From: an uncultured Chloroflexia bacterium
Lineage (GTDB): Bacteria; Chloroflexota; Anaerolineae; JAAYZQ01
Reading direction: 5' to 3'
Length of the DNA stretch: 64,000 nt
Assembly (NCBI GenBank): GCA_963749455.1
Contig: CAVVMX010000006.1
Location: 27,060-91,059 of the forward strand
The translations under genes were made by a program, and so were the position numbers. Position 1 is the stretch's first letter. Every line of letters starts with the position of its first letter. Below, piece after piece: positions 49,746 through 59,940 of the stretch. Under the pieces are notes generated by a model that did not search any database, had not been told where the DNA came from, and saw only the letters and a list, made by a program, of their open reading frames with translations.

Positions 49746-52491
49746 GAGTCAGATCGACTCGGCCATCGCGACGCTGGAGCAGGCCGCTGCGCTGAACGGC
49801 AGCCAGAACGTCACGCTGGTGGCCCTCGGCGACCTGTATCGCATCCGCGGCCGGGCGGCGGACGCGCGGCAAGCGTACGACCAAGCCGCCGCCCGCACCC
49901 CGGCCGATCCCACCCCGACAATTGCGTTGGCGCGGCTCGCAGACGCCCAGGGAGAATTCGACCAGGCGCTGGCCCTGTACCGGGCTGCGGCGCAGGCCGT
50001 GCCCGGCTCGGCTTATGCTCACTACACGCTTGGCGCCGCCTACCTCCGGCGGGGACAGACGGCCGCGGCCGAAGCCGCCTTCAAACAGGCGCTGGCTGTT
50101 CAGCCGGGCTATGCAGCGGCGTACATCGGGCTGGGCGGCCTGTACACAGCCCAGGGCCGGCCCGACCTGGCGCTCGGCGCCTACCAGACGGCGGTTCGTG
50201 TCCAGCCCGGCAGCTCAGGAGCCTATGGCAGCCTGGCGCTCGCCTACAAAGACCGCGGTCAGCCCGGGCAGGCCCTGGCTACCTATGAGAAGGCCACCCA
50301 GATGGCCCCGGCCGATCCAGGTGCGTACACAGCTCTGGGAGCCGCCTACCAGGCGCAGGGCCGCACAGACCAGGCGCTGACCGCCTATCGCCGCGCTGTG
50401 ACCGTCGCCCCGGGCGACATCACCGCCCGCCAGGCGCTGGCCGCGTTCTATGCGTTTCTCGGCGAGCCCGAGCAGGCCATTGCTGCCTACCGCCAGGCCA
50501 TCGACTTGGCGCCGGCCAGCACGGCGGCCCATACCGGCCTGGCCGCCGTATATGAAGCCCAAGGACGGTGGTCCGACGCCCTGGCCCAATACCAGGCCGC
50601 GACGCGGGTCGCGCCAGGGCTCAGCTCTCCGTGGACGCTGCTGGGCGATGCCTATGCGCGGCGCGGACAGTACGCGGACGCGGCGCGCGCCTACCAGTCG
50701 GCGATCGCCGCCGATCACAGTGACTACGCGCCGCCGCTGAAGCTGGGCACGCTCTACGATCTCCAGGGCCGGCTGTCCGAAGCGCTGCCGTACTACCGGC
50801 AGGCGCAGCGAGTGGCGCCCAACGAACCGTGGCCGTGCCTAGCCCTGGGCGATGCCTACCGCAAGCGCGCCGACACCGCCAGCGCCACGCAGTGGTACCG
50901 GCGCGCGGTAGCAGTGAGCACTCCATACGCCCCCGCGTATGCCGCGCTCGGCCAGCTGTACACGGCGCTCGGCCGCCCGGTCGACGCTCTGACTGCCTAC
51001 CAGCAGGGGGTGCGGGCCAACCCCGGTTCGGCCGCCGCCCACCTGACGCTTGGTGCAGCCTATACCGTCCAGGGTCAGGCGGACAAGGCGCTGGCCGAGA
51101 TCCAAGCTGCCCTTGACGTCGAGGGTGGCTCTGTGGCGGCCTACCTGGCGCTCGCCGGGACCTACAAAGGGCAGGGCCGCCTGGCCGACGCCCTGGCTAC
51201 GTACGACCAGGCGCAGCGCGCTGGCTCCGGCAACACCGCCATCCGCATCGCCCGCGGCGATGTATACCTGGCCCTCGGCCAGCTCGGGCAGGCGTTGGCC
51301 GAGTACCGTGCTGCTGTGGCACTGGCCCCCGGTCAGGCCGCGCCACATGTGGCGCTCGGCCGGTTTTACTATGCCACGGACCAGGCCGCCTTGGCGACCG
51401 ACGCGTTCGAGATGGCCATCGACCAACAGCCGGCGGACCTGAGTGGCTATCTGTGGCTGGGGCAGATATACCGTCTGGACAAGCAGTGGGAAGCCGCTCT
51501 GGACATCTATCGGCAGGCGATGCTCGTCGCCGGCGGCAACGGGTCGATCTATGGCCTGTATGCCGAGACCTACCGCGCCAAGGGCTACCCCGACGCCGCC
51601 GTGTCTGATCTGCTCGCCCGGCAGGAGAATGACCCGTCGAACGTCACGCCCATCGTGTATCTCGGACTGGCGTACCAGCAGCTCCGACGCCTCGACGATG
51701 CTGTGTCTACTTTTCAGCGTGCGGTCGCCCTGGCGCCTGGATCCGGCTGGGCACACGAGTCGCTGGCCGGCGCATACCGCGCGCGCCAGGATTACGACGC
51801 GGCCATTGCCGAGTATGAGCGCGCCGCCCTGGCCGAACCCCGCCGGCCAACCCCTTACCTGTTCCTGGTTGCTCTATTCAAAGACACGCTACGCAACCTC
51901 GACGCCGAGGTGGGTCACTATGAAGCTGTGCGAGCGGCCGACCCGCGTGCCATGTGGGTGTATGGGCTATTGGGGGCGATGTACCAGGCGCTCGGGCGCA
52001 GCTCCGACGCGATGGAGGCGTACCGCCAGCTCGTGATGCTCGATCCCGGCAACACCGACGCCCACTATCGGCTGGCATACCTGTACCTACAGGCCGGGCG
52101 CGGCCGCGACGCTCTGCGCGAATACCAGGCATACCTTGCCCTGGCGGCCAGCAGCACGTATAGCGATGAAGCGGTCTATCAAACGAAGGTGCTCACCGGC
52201 TATGCGATCACATTGCCCGTCGAAAACGCCCATCTGCGTGGCCAGGTGACGATCCGCGGCACAGCGACGCTGCCCGATTTCCAGTTCTACAAGCTCGAGA
52301 TCGGCGCTGGCCGGCAACCCAGCCGCTGGTCTACCATCGGTGAGGTCAGCCGCCAGCCTGTGGTCGACGGCGTGCTGGCTATTTGGGATGTGTCGGGCCT
52401 GCCGCCCGGCGACTATACCCTGCGGCTGGTGATCGTGGACAACACAGGCAACTATCCACCGCCGTATGAGGTGATTGTGCACATTGGTTAG
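49066..52491 (+). CDS. TPR-repeat segment 4 plus C-terminal beta-sandwich domain (frame of ORF 49330..52491)
   Basis: About 28 further TPR units, then …VENAHLRGQVTIRGTATLPDFQFYKLEIGAGRQPSRWSTIGEV…GDYTLRLVIVDNTGNY…, which looks like an Ig-like domain. Confidence 0.65.
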   Translation: MRRRQLPGSAAAFDALGDFYAGRGRWADAEAAYGRALALPGSQAANYVSLGDLYGQLGRPADAEAAYRAAIAAQPGNAIGYLSLGGLYVAEGQWLSATQVYSQALAAAPSADGVYAARSRALAAQGEPEAAVAAAKQATALNAGSAYNWQAVGQAYQGLGDYGAAEEAYRQAVAADRSQGVGYLSLGALYSRLGRVSDAEAAYRQAIADAPANPSGYAGLAGLLRTQSQIDSAIATLEQAAALNGSQNVTLVALGDLYRIRGRAADARQAYDQAAARTPADPTPTIALARLADAQGEFDQALALYRAAAQAVPGSAYAHYTLGAAYLRRGQTAAAEAAFKQALAVQPGYAAAYIGLGGLYTAQGRPDLALGAYQTAVRVQPGSSGAYGSLALAYKDRGQPGQALATYEKATQMAPADPGAYTALGAAYQAQGRTDQALTAYRRAVTVAPGDITARQALAAFYAFLGEPEQAIAAYRQAIDLAPASTAAHTGLAAVYEAQGRWSDALAQYQAATRVAPGLSSPWTLLGDAYARRGQYADAARAYQSAIAADHSDYAPPLKLGTLYDLQGRLSEALPYYRQAQRVAPNEPWPCLALGDAYRKRADTASATQWYRRAVAVSTPYAPAYAALGQLYTALGRPVDALTAYQQGVRANPGSAAAHLTLGAAYTVQGQADKALAEIQAALDVEGGSVAAYLALAGTYKGQGRLADALATYDQAQRAGSGNTAIRIARGDVYLALGQLGQALAEYRAAVALAPGQAAPHVALGRFYYATDQAALATDAFEMAIDQQPADLSGYLWLGQIYRLDKQWEAALDIYRQAMLVAGGNGSIYGLYAETYRAKGYPDAAVSDLLARQENDPSNVTPIVYLGLAYQQLRRLDDAVSTFQRAVALAPGSGWAHESLAGAYRARQDYDAAIAEYERAALAEPRRPTPYLFLVALFKDTLRNLDAEVGHYEAVRAADPRAMWVYGLLGAMYQALGRSSDAMEAYRQLVMLDPGNTDAHYRLAYLYLQAGRGRDALREYQAYLALAASSTYSDEAVYQTKVLTGYAITLPVENAHLRGQVTIRGTATLPDFQFYKLEIGAGRQPSRWSTIGEVSRQPVVDGVLAIWDVSGLPPGDYTLRLVIVDNTGNYPPPYEVIVHIG

Positions 52492-52518
52492 GGGCACATC
52501 ACAGAACGGACTAGATCC

Positions 52519-54219
52519 ATGAAGGACTTTCGCGTTATTCTGTTGGGCTGGGACGGCGCCACCTGGGACCTGCTCCGGCCGTGGGCCGAGGCAGGCCACC
52601 TGCCAAACGTACGGCGCCTGCTGACTGAGGGCGCGGCGGGCCACCTTGAATCCACATTCCCGCCAACCACCGCCCCCGCCTGGACGTCGATGACCACCGG
52701 CACGAACCCTGGCCGCCACGGCGTAATGGATTGGATAGCCCGCCGACCCGGCGCATACGAGGCCATGCCCGTCACTGCCAGCGCTTGCACGCAGAAAACG
52801 GTCTGGGAGCTGCTGGGCGAGACGGGCCGGCGCGTGATGACCTTCAACGTGCCGATGACCTACCCCGTCCGGCCGCTAAACGGCCTGGCCGTTGCCGGGC
52901 TGGGCGTGCCGTCTGTCACCAGTCCGTTCACCTACCCACCCGAGCTGTACCGTGATATTCTGGGCGCCGTCGGCGAATACATCCTCCACCCCAATCCCGG
53001 CCAGCCGGATACCGACCGGCGCGTCGTCGCCTTTATCGAGCGGCTTTACCGTGTCACCGACATTCACTTGAAGGCCCTCGATTATCTACGCGGCCGGGAA
53101 GCGTGGGCCGGCTGGATGGCCGTCCTGGGCGGTACTGACGCCATCCAGCACGTGATGTGGCGCTTCATAGACCCCCATCACCCCCAGTATGACGAGCGAA
53201 AGGCGGAGCGGTTTGGCGGCGAGGTGCTACGCTTTTTCCAGCATGTGGATCGTGCGCTGGGCGGCCTGCTCGACAGCCTGGATGCCGATACCGTCCTGCT
53301 CCTGACATCTGACCACGGCTTTGGTCCGCTGGACAAGTGGTTTCACGTCAACACCTGGCTCCTGGATCAGGGCCTGATCGTGCTAAAGCCGGGCCCCGCC
53401 ACCCGCCTGCGCCACCGACTGTTCCGCTGGGGGCTGACGCCGATGAACGTCTTCCGCCTGCTGCGCAGCGCTGGCCTCGGCCGTCTCAAGGAGGAGGTGA
53501 CCGCCGGCCGGGGCAGCGGCCGACTGCGGAGGCTCGTGCCGCTGCTATTCCTGTCGTTCGCCGATGTGGATTGGAGCCGCAGTCGCGCCTATGCCCTTGG
53601 CCAGATTGGGCCGATCTACCTCAACCTGAAGGGACGCGAGCCACAGGGGATCGTCGAGCCGGGCGCACAGGCCGAAGCGCTGCGTGAGGAGATCGCTGCC
53701 CGGCTGCGCCAGGTACGCGACCCCGAAACGGGCGAGTCGATCGTCAGGGCCATTTACCGGCCTGAAGAGCTGTACGCCGGTCCGCACCTGGGCCAGGCGC
53801 CTGATCTGGTCTTTGCCCCGCGGTGGGATACACCCCGCGGCCAGATCCCCGGGTTTGGCGAGGTCGATTTCGGCACCAACCACATCATCGCCCCGCTCCA
53901 GCGCGGCGTATCGGGCGTGCACCGCATGAACGGCGTTTTCGCAGCGTTCGGCGAGCCGATCCGGCCCGGCGCCTGGCTGAAAGGGGCCCGCATCGTGGAT
54001 GTTGCCCCCACGCTGCTGTACCTGGCCGGTCTGCCTGTGCCTGAGGACATGGACGGCTGCGTGCTGCTGGATGCGCTGCGGCCCGAGTACGCCGATCCAG
54101 CGGCGGTGCGCCGCGGACCGCCCGCAGCTCGCGGCGTTGAGACGCCGGCCGAAGAGCTATCGGCCGAAGACGAGGAGGTCGTCAGGGAGCGGCTGCGAGG
54201 GCTGGGCTATGCCGCCTGA
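52519..54219 (+). CDS. alkaline-phosphatase-superfamily protein (type I phosphodiesterase / nucleotide pyrophosphatase family), paralogue of the 22649 gene
   Basis: MKDFRVILLGWDGATWDLL…TFPPTTAPAWTSMTTGTNPGRHGVMDW…; same architecture as the 22649..24322 gene. Confidence 0.7.
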   Translation: MKDFRVILLGWDGATWDLLRPWAEAGHLPNVRRLLTEGAAGHLESTFPPTTAPAWTSMTTGTNPGRHGVMDWIARRPGAYEAMPVTASACTQKTVWELLGETGRRVMTFNVPMTYPVRPLNGLAVAGLGVPSVTSPFTYPPELYRDILGAVGEYILHPNPGQPDTDRRVVAFIERLYRVTDIHLKALDYLRGREAWAGWMAVLGGTDAIQHVMWRFIDPHHPQYDERKAERFGGEVLRFFQHVDRALGGLLDSLDADTVLLLTSDHGFGPLDKWFHVNTWLLDQGLIVLKPGPATRLRHRLFRWGLTPMNVFRLLRSAGLGRLKEEVTAGRGSGRLRRLVPLLFLSFADVDWSRSRAYALGQIGPIYLNLKGREPQGIVEPGAQAEALREEIAARLRQVRDPETGESIVRAIYRPEELYAGPHLGQAPDLVFAPRWDTPRGQIPGFGEVDFGTNHIIAPLQRGVSGVHRMNGVFAAFGEPIRPGAWLKGARIVDVAPTLLYLAGLPVPEDMDGCVLLDALRPEYADPAAVRRGPPAARGVETPAEELSAEDEEVVRERLRGLGYAA

Positions 54220-54264
54220 GGTCCAACTGCTGTACGTGGAGACCCGGCGTGAGTAGTGCATAGG

Positions 54265-56475
54265 TCAGGGAACCAGCGCTTGCAGCGCCTCGGCGGCCGG
54301 TTGGTTAGCGGGATCCAGGGTCAGCACCTGCCGGTAGGCGGCGATCGCCTCATCGCGCCGGCCCACGGCCTGGTATGCCTGGGCCAGCACCAGAAGCCAG
54401 CGGGCAGTCGCCGGCTCCAGGACCACTGCCTGTTCCAGGCGCGCCAGCCCATCGTCCGGGTTGCCCTGCTGCAACAGGGCATTGCCCAGACTGGCGTGCG
54501 CCCACGCCGAGCCGGGCGCCACCTCCAGCGCTGCCTGGTAGAGTGACATCGCCTCCGCCTGTCGTCCTTGTGTTTCGTATAGACCGCCCAGGTTTAGATA
54601 TGCCCCCACATAGCCGGGCTCGACCTCAATCGACCGCCGGTACTCGGTCTCAGCCGTGTCGAGCTGTCCCTGCGCTCGGTATGCATTCCCCAGGCGAGTG
54701 TGGGCCATGCCCCAGTCCGGCCAGGCCTGTACCGCCCGCTCGTACGATCGTGCGGCCACGGCCCACTCTGACGCGGCGGCTTGGGCATCGCCATGGTCAA
54801 TGTAGTGGCGGGCAAGATCATAGCCGCTGCCACCCCCCAGGTGGTCAATGAGCTTTTGGTAAGCCAGCCGATCTGTCAAAGTCAGGTCGCGCTGGATCTC
54901 GAGCAGGGTAATGGTGGAGTGCATGGCATCCACCGAAGAGCTGGGGGCGCTCCGGGCATGAACTATTGCCAGCCAGGCAAAGCCCACGACATCAAGCTCA
55001 CTGCCGGCCTCCCGGCGCAGGCGATCGAGGTGACCATCGTGCACGATCACCCACCAGACGTCACTGTCGGTAAAATCGGACGAGTCTGGGCGCAAGGTGC
55101 TGGCCTGCAGGACCCGGATCGTCGGGTCCGTAGGACGATAATACCAGGCTAGACTGTTGGGCTGCAACAGCCAGAGCTGGACGACCCGATCGCCCGGCCC
55201 GACGTTGCGCAGCAGGTACTGCCCAACACCGCGCCAATCCTGCCGCTCCGTGGCATAGTAGTGACTGAGCGCCGGCAGTCCCGTCGTGCCCAGCAGTCCC
55301 ACCGCCAGCGCAAAAGAGATAGCCCACGTCGGGGGGTGGGCGCCAAGGCAGCGCCCCATTGCGTTCGCTACCCGCTGTCCAACCCGGCTGTGTTCCAGGG
55401 TGCAAACGCCCTGCGCCACCCAGGCCAGGCCACAAGCAACAAACACCAGACAGACGGGCAGCGCAAAAATGAAGAACCGGGAATAAATGTAGAATCCAGC
55501 CCACAGCCGTGATATCAGGGCAACGAACAGGAACGGCAGCACCAGCACAGAAGCGAGGATGGTGCTTGGCCGGCTGCGGCCGATCGTCGTAACCAGTCCG
55601 ATCGAAAAAAAGGCAAAGGAGATGACGGCTACCGGCTGCCACTGCCCGCCCCATCCGCCGCCAAAACGCCGTCCCAGATCGACGACCGATGCCAGACCCA
55701 TCCAGTCGGTCGCAAAGCCCAGGCGGCCGGCATAATCGCCAATCTGTGACCGATCGATGAGGCCCAGCCAGGCCAGCCATAGCGGTGCGTACAGGACTGT
55801 AATGGCCAGGGCGGTGAGCAGCAAGGTGACGGCCCAGGCCGAGAGGGGAAACCGAAGCGGCCGGCCGGCCAGGAGGTCGGCCAGCACATAGCCCACCAAC
55901 AGGCACAGCGCAGCGCCGATAGGCAGCGCGGCGAACAGATGGCTGTAGAGGGCCAGGACCGTCGCCACGCCAAAGGCGGCAAAATGCCGCCGCTCTCTGA
56001 CCCTGATCGCCTGCAGGAGATAGAGGAGCGACAGGGTTGTGAACAGGGCCAGCGCCGAATAGCCCCGCGCTTCCTGAGAATAGCCAAGATGATAGGGCGA
56101 GATGGCCAGCAAGAGCGCCGCCACCAAGCCGACGCCAGGTGAAGCAACTGCCTGCCCGAGACGATAGAGGGCCGGGATGGCCGCAATGCCCAGCAGGGCA
56201 GCCGGTGCCCGCAGCAGGAATTCGTTGGCGCCTTCCAGTGTAAACAGGTGGGCCAGCAGGGAATAGAGAAGGTGGTTATTGGGATCGAGGTGGGTGATGA
56301 TCTCCCATGCCGGCTTGAGGACAAAGTTGACCGTGGTGTTGATCTCGTCACCCCACAGGCTCTTGGCGCCGAGGGCGTGAAAGCGTAGCGCTGCCCCGAG
56401 GAGGATCACCGAGCCGAGGAGCAGGTGACGCGCCATGACGCCGCCCAAGCCATGCCTACTTCCCGTGTCCAACAA
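54265..56475 (-). CDS. GT-C fold membrane glycosyltransferase (GT39/ArnT/PMT_2-like) with C-terminal TPR repeats
   Basis: The N-terminal polytopic domain has LWGDEINTT (a DE motif in the first periplasmic loop). The C-terminal 230 aa are TPRs (…AYRAQGQLDTAETEYRRSIEVEPGYVGAYLNLGGLYETQGR…). Confidence 0.7.
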   Translation of the reverse strand: MLDTGSRHGLGGVMARHLLLGSVILLGAALRFHALGAKSLWGDEINTTVNFVLKPAWEIITHLDPNNHLLYSLLAHLFTLEGANEFLLRAPAALLGIAAIPALYRLGQAVASPGVGLVAALLLAISPYHLGYSQEARGYSALALFTTLSLLYLLQAIRVRERRHFAAFGVATVLALYSHLFAALPIGAALCLLVGYVLADLLAGRPLRFPLSAWAVTLLLTALAITVLYAPLWLAWLGLIDRSQIGDYAGRLGFATDWMGLASVVDLGRRFGGGWGGQWQPVAVISFAFFSIGLVTTIGRSRPSTILASVLVLPFLFVALISRLWAGFYIYSRFFIFALPVCLVFVACGLAWVAQGVCTLEHSRVGQRVANAMGRCLGAHPPTWAISFALAVGLLGTTGLPALSHYYATERQDWRGVGQYLLRNVGPGDRVVQLWLLQPNSLAWYYRPTDPTIRVLQASTLRPDSSDFTDSDVWWVIVHDGHLDRLRREAGSELDVVGFAWLAIVHARSAPSSSVDAMHSTITLLEIQRDLTLTDRLAYQKLIDHLGGGSGYDLARHYIDHGDAQAAASEWAVAARSYERAVQAWPDWGMAHTRLGNAYRAQGQLDTAETEYRRSIEVEPGYVGAYLNLGGLYETQGRQAEAMSLYQAALEVAPGSAWAHASLGNALLQQGNPDDGLARLEQAVVLEPATARWLLVLAQAYQAVGRRDEAIAAYRQVLTLDPANQPAAEALQALVP

Positions 56476-56640
56476 GTCTCGTCACCCCGTCGCGGCGGAT
56501 AGTCAGTCAGCACAACAGACGATATTGTAGCACCGCCGCACCGGCGCGTCAATTCAGGCAGATGTTCAGCAACCCTCAGGCGCGTTCCGTTCTTGCAGTC
56601 GCTTCTGAGGTGCCGAGGCGCGAGCCCCGTCCGCCGCGGC

Positions 56641-56669
56641 TTGCCTTTCGGCAGCAGTCGGGTTACAAT
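56641..56669 (+). promoter_or_regulatory. sigma70-type promoter TTGCCT-17-TACAAT
   Basis: It lies in the divergent intergenic region, 80 nt upstream of the ATG at 56749. Confidence 0.35.
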
Positions 56670-56748
56670 GGGGCCGGTCGAGCTCTGAGAGCCGTGTCGC
56701 TCTATCACAGAGATCCCCGCGTGGGGACTGGTGACGGAGATAGCGCCG

Positions 56749-57951
56749 ATGAACCTCCTGTATACGATCACCGCATATCCGCCGTCGATCGGCGGTGCGC
56801 AGACCTGCTTTCATGAGCTGGCCCGACGGCTGGCGCATCGTCACCAGCTGCGAGTGTGCGCTCACTGGGCCCAGACGCGCACTGACTGGCTGCTGGGCAC
56901 GACCCTCCTGGCTCCGCACGAGGAGGGGACCTACACCCTCGACGGGGTACCGGTTCACCTGATTTCCCTTTCGCCGGCGGAGCGATGGGAAGCTCTGCCC
57001 CTGGTGATGGGCTACTATGCATTCCAGGGAGCGGCCATTACCGGAATCGCAAACAAGATCCTCGACCACCTGGGGCAGGTGGCCGGCTCGCCGGATTTGA
57101 TCCACAACGGGCGCATAGGGCGCGAAGGGCTGAGCTTCGCCTCCTGGCGCCTTGCCCGGCGTCTGGGTGTTCCGTTCGTCCTGACGCCGTTTCACCACCC
57201 GCGGTGGTCAGGCTGGCTCCATCGCCACTATCTTGACCTCTACCGGCAGGCGGATGCACTCATTGCACTGACCGAGTCGGAGCGTGAGACGCTGATCGGG
57301 CTGGGGGTGGAACCGCAACGGGTCTTTGTCACCGGCATGGGGCCGGTCCTGGCCGAGACTGCAGATGCCGAGTCTTTTAGGAGACGCCATAGCCTGCAAG
57401 GGCCGATCGTTCTTTTCCTTGGACAGAAGTATCGGTACAAGGGAGTGGCCGCGCTGTTGGCGGCCGCACCGGCAGTGTGGGCCAGGTTCCCTGATGCAGC
57501 TTTTCTGTTCATCGGCCCACGCACCCGGTATTCGCGGCGGTTGTTCGCTCAGCATCGGGATCGACGGATCGTAGAGCTGGATGCGGTGGACTTGCAGTGT
57601 AAGACCGATGCGCTGGCCGCCAGTACTGTCCTGTGCCTGCCCTCAACTCAGGAGAGCTTTGGGGCTGTGTTCCCGGAAGCGTGGTCGATGGGCAAGCCGG
57701 TCATCGGCGGTGACTCGCCTGCGGTCCGGCAGGTGATCCACGATGGCAATGACGGATATGTGGTCAGCCAGGACCCGGCCGCCATCGCCGAGCGGATCGT
57801 CTACCTGCTGGAGCGCCCGGAGATCAGGCAGGAAATGGCAGCGCGAGGCCAGTCCAAGGTGCAGGCACGGTATACATGGGAACACCTGGCCAGGCAAACC
57901 GAAGCAGTGTACGAGGCGATCCTGGCATCAGCCGGCCGGCATTCGGGGTAG
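56749..57951 (+). CDS. GT4-family glycosyltransferase
   Basis: MNLLYTITAYPPSIGGAQ… and the C-terminal …ESFGAVFPEAWSMGKPVIGGD… motif. The alternative GTG start is at 56731. Confidence 0.75.
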   Translation: MNLLYTITAYPPSIGGAQTCFHELARRLAHRHQLRVCAHWAQTRTDWLLGTTLLAPHEEGTYTLDGVPVHLISLSPAERWEALPLVMGYYAFQGAAITGIANKILDHLGQVAGSPDLIHNGRIGREGLSFASWRLARRLGVPFVLTPFHHPRWSGWLHRHYLDLYRQADALIALTESERETLIGLGVEPQRVFVTGMGPVLAETADAESFRRRHSLQGPIVLFLGQKYRYKGVAALLAAAPAVWARFPDAAFLFIGPRTRYSRRLFAQHRDRRIVELDAVDLQCKTDALAASTVLCLPSTQESFGAVFPEAWSMGKPVIGGDSPAVRQVIHDGNDGYVVSQDPAAIAERIVYLLERPEIRQEMAARGQSKVQARYTWEHLARQTEAVYEAILASAGRHSG

Positions 57952-57978
57952 GCAGAACCTGAAAGATAAGGGGAACCT

Positions 57979-59880
57979 TCAGCTATAGTAATAGGGCACA
58001 ATCACTGTGCACAGGGCCACCACCTCCAGGACGCACATTCCTACCAGGCCGGCACAAGCTCCCCAGCGGCGCCAACGGCGGGGCAATATTTCAAGTCCGG
58101 CGCAGAGCACGAGAGCGGTCGGAGCGATGACCACAAAGGCATAGCGGGCGCCTGGCCAGAACAGATCCCCGAGGACGAACACCGGGTGGATGCGCAGGAT
58201 GGCGCCTCCCCAGCCGACGACAAGGACCAGACCGAGCACCGCGCTGACCTGCCGCAGCCAGGGACTACGGCTACGTGCCAGGCCAACCGCGACACCGCAC
58301 AAGGCCAGCACCATGATCGGGCCGAACAGGTAGAGCCAGCCGTCAGGCAGTGCCGGACGCCCCCACCCGAAACGCCCCCAAAAGCTCATGACCACGTTGG
58401 CCACATCTGGACGATAGACCCAGGCAGTGCGCGGCCAGTCGAGAAGAGAGGCCAGGATCTGACTGGCGGACGTTCTATAGAGCGGCATCCGGCCAAGCCA
58501 AGGACGAAGCGCGGGCCAGTGCTGCTCAGCCGATCCGTTGCGCAGTAGGTTGTTAAAAGACTGGCCTCCCCACGTACCGGCCTCTGCCTGGGGAGTGTCA
58601 AAGCTGGGTGGCTCGCGAGACAAGATAGCGCGATCCACGAGGACGATCCCATCTGCGTAGACCGACTGCGCCGAGTCTTCTCGGGGAAAGCCGATTGAGG
58701 CAGACACGGTCGGAGCTTTCGGGTCGATGGGTGCGGTCAGGCTGTAGAACTGCCAGGTCGAGTTCACCTGCACGTTGTGCCAGTGCCAGGATGTCTTGTC
58801 GTATAGGCGGATGGCGACGGCCCCATCCTGCTGGTCGGCGGTCTTTAGCCACATGCCAAAGGTCACAGTACGACCACGAAGCCGCTGCCCTGCCGTAATT
58901 TCCAGCTCCTGGGACAGATCTGAAGGATGATCTGCCCCATCCCTGGACAGAACAAAAACCGAGGAACCAACCGGTGAGCTGATCTGCTGCCGGTTGGGAG
59001 CGGTGCTCTGGTCATCATTGTACCAGTAGGCTGCCTGCTGAGTCCAGCTGAATGCAACCGGCAGAAGGATAGCGGTCACGAAAGCCAGTGCGCCCCATAT
59101 CCAGGGACGCCAGCGGCGTGGCAGCAAAACCAGGCCCAGGGCTAAGAGGAGGGCGACGGCTATACTGCCAGCCGTGTTCTTGGTCACAAAGGAAACCGCC
59201 GCCAGTATCAAGGTCACACCGACACGGATCGGTGACAGACCCCGCCGCATCAGGCGCACGCTGCTCCACAGCAACAGCGATGAAACCGCGGCTGCGCCAG
59301 TATCGTTGTTGACGCTGCTCATCAGATCGGCGAGAGGCGGTAGAAAAGCGACGAGTCCGGCAACGGCCAGGGGCAGCCCCTGCCGTCTAGGAAAGACTTC
59401 GACTGCCAAGCCGTAGGCGGCGGCAACGACGACCGGATAGAGCAGGACAGAACAGAGTCGGGCGAGGTAGAGCTGCGCCTCGACGCTGTCGGGCTTGAGC
59501 AGGCACTGGGGCACGGCCAAGATGGCATAGTAGAGAGGTGGATGCTCCAGCTCAGAGTACCCAATGTTCGGCGCCACATCTGACGTCAGGTCCGGCGGCT
59601 GCTCGTTGATCACTTCCCACAGGCCTGCGGCCTGCATCGAGACGGCGATCGCCCGGCGCATCTCCAGGTCATAGTCTCCGGGATGCGGCAGCCGCCCTCG
59701 CTCGGCAATGAGCCGGACATACTCAAAGTGGGTCGGCTCGTCATAATGCTGCCACGGAGGAACTACGGCCAGATACAGCAGCCCGCGTAACAAGGCGACG
59801 GTCACAAGCAACAGCAGTAGAGGCCTGGCGGGAGAAGACAAGGCTCTGGGCTCATCTGGCAGCGGCTCGATTCGGCTCAT
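57979..59880 (-). CDS. polytopic membrane protein, GT-C/ArnT-like (putative glycosyltransferase) with an extracytoplasmic C-terminal domain
   Basis: …LYLAVVPPWQHYDEPTHFEYVRLI… is a DEP-type motif after the first TM helix. About 11 TM helices; 633 aa. Confidence 0.5.
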   Translation of the reverse strand: MSRIEPLPDEPRALSSPARPLLLLLVTVALLRGLLYLAVVPPWQHYDEPTHFEYVRLIAERGRLPHPGDYDLEMRRAIAVSMQAAGLWEVINEQPPDLTSDVAPNIGYSELEHPPLYYAILAVPQCLLKPDSVEAQLYLARLCSVLLYPVVVAAAYGLAVEVFPRRQGLPLAVAGLVAFLPPLADLMSSVNNDTGAAAVSSLLLWSSVRLMRRGLSPIRVGVTLILAAVSFVTKNTAGSIAVALLLALGLVLLPRRWRPWIWGALAFVTAILLPVAFSWTQQAAYWYNDDQSTAPNRQQISSPVGSSVFVLSRDGADHPSDLSQELEITAGQRLRGRTVTFGMWLKTADQQDGAVAIRLYDKTSWHWHNVQVNSTWQFYSLTAPIDPKAPTVSASIGFPREDSAQSVYADGIVLVDRAILSREPPSFDTPQAEAGTWGGQSFNNLLRNGSAEQHWPALRPWLGRMPLYRTSASQILASLLDWPRTAWVYRPDVANVVMSFWGRFGWGRPALPDGWLYLFGPIMVLALCGVAVGLARSRSPWLRQVSAVLGLVLVVGWGGAILRIHPVFVLGDLFWPGARYAFVVIAPTALVLCAGLEILPRRWRRWGACAGLVGMCVLEVVALCTVIVPYYYS

Positions 59881-59940
59881 GTCATGAGCTTACCACGACT
59901 CGGAGAGCAGTGCAAATCGTTGGTGCGCCGGACATGAGAA

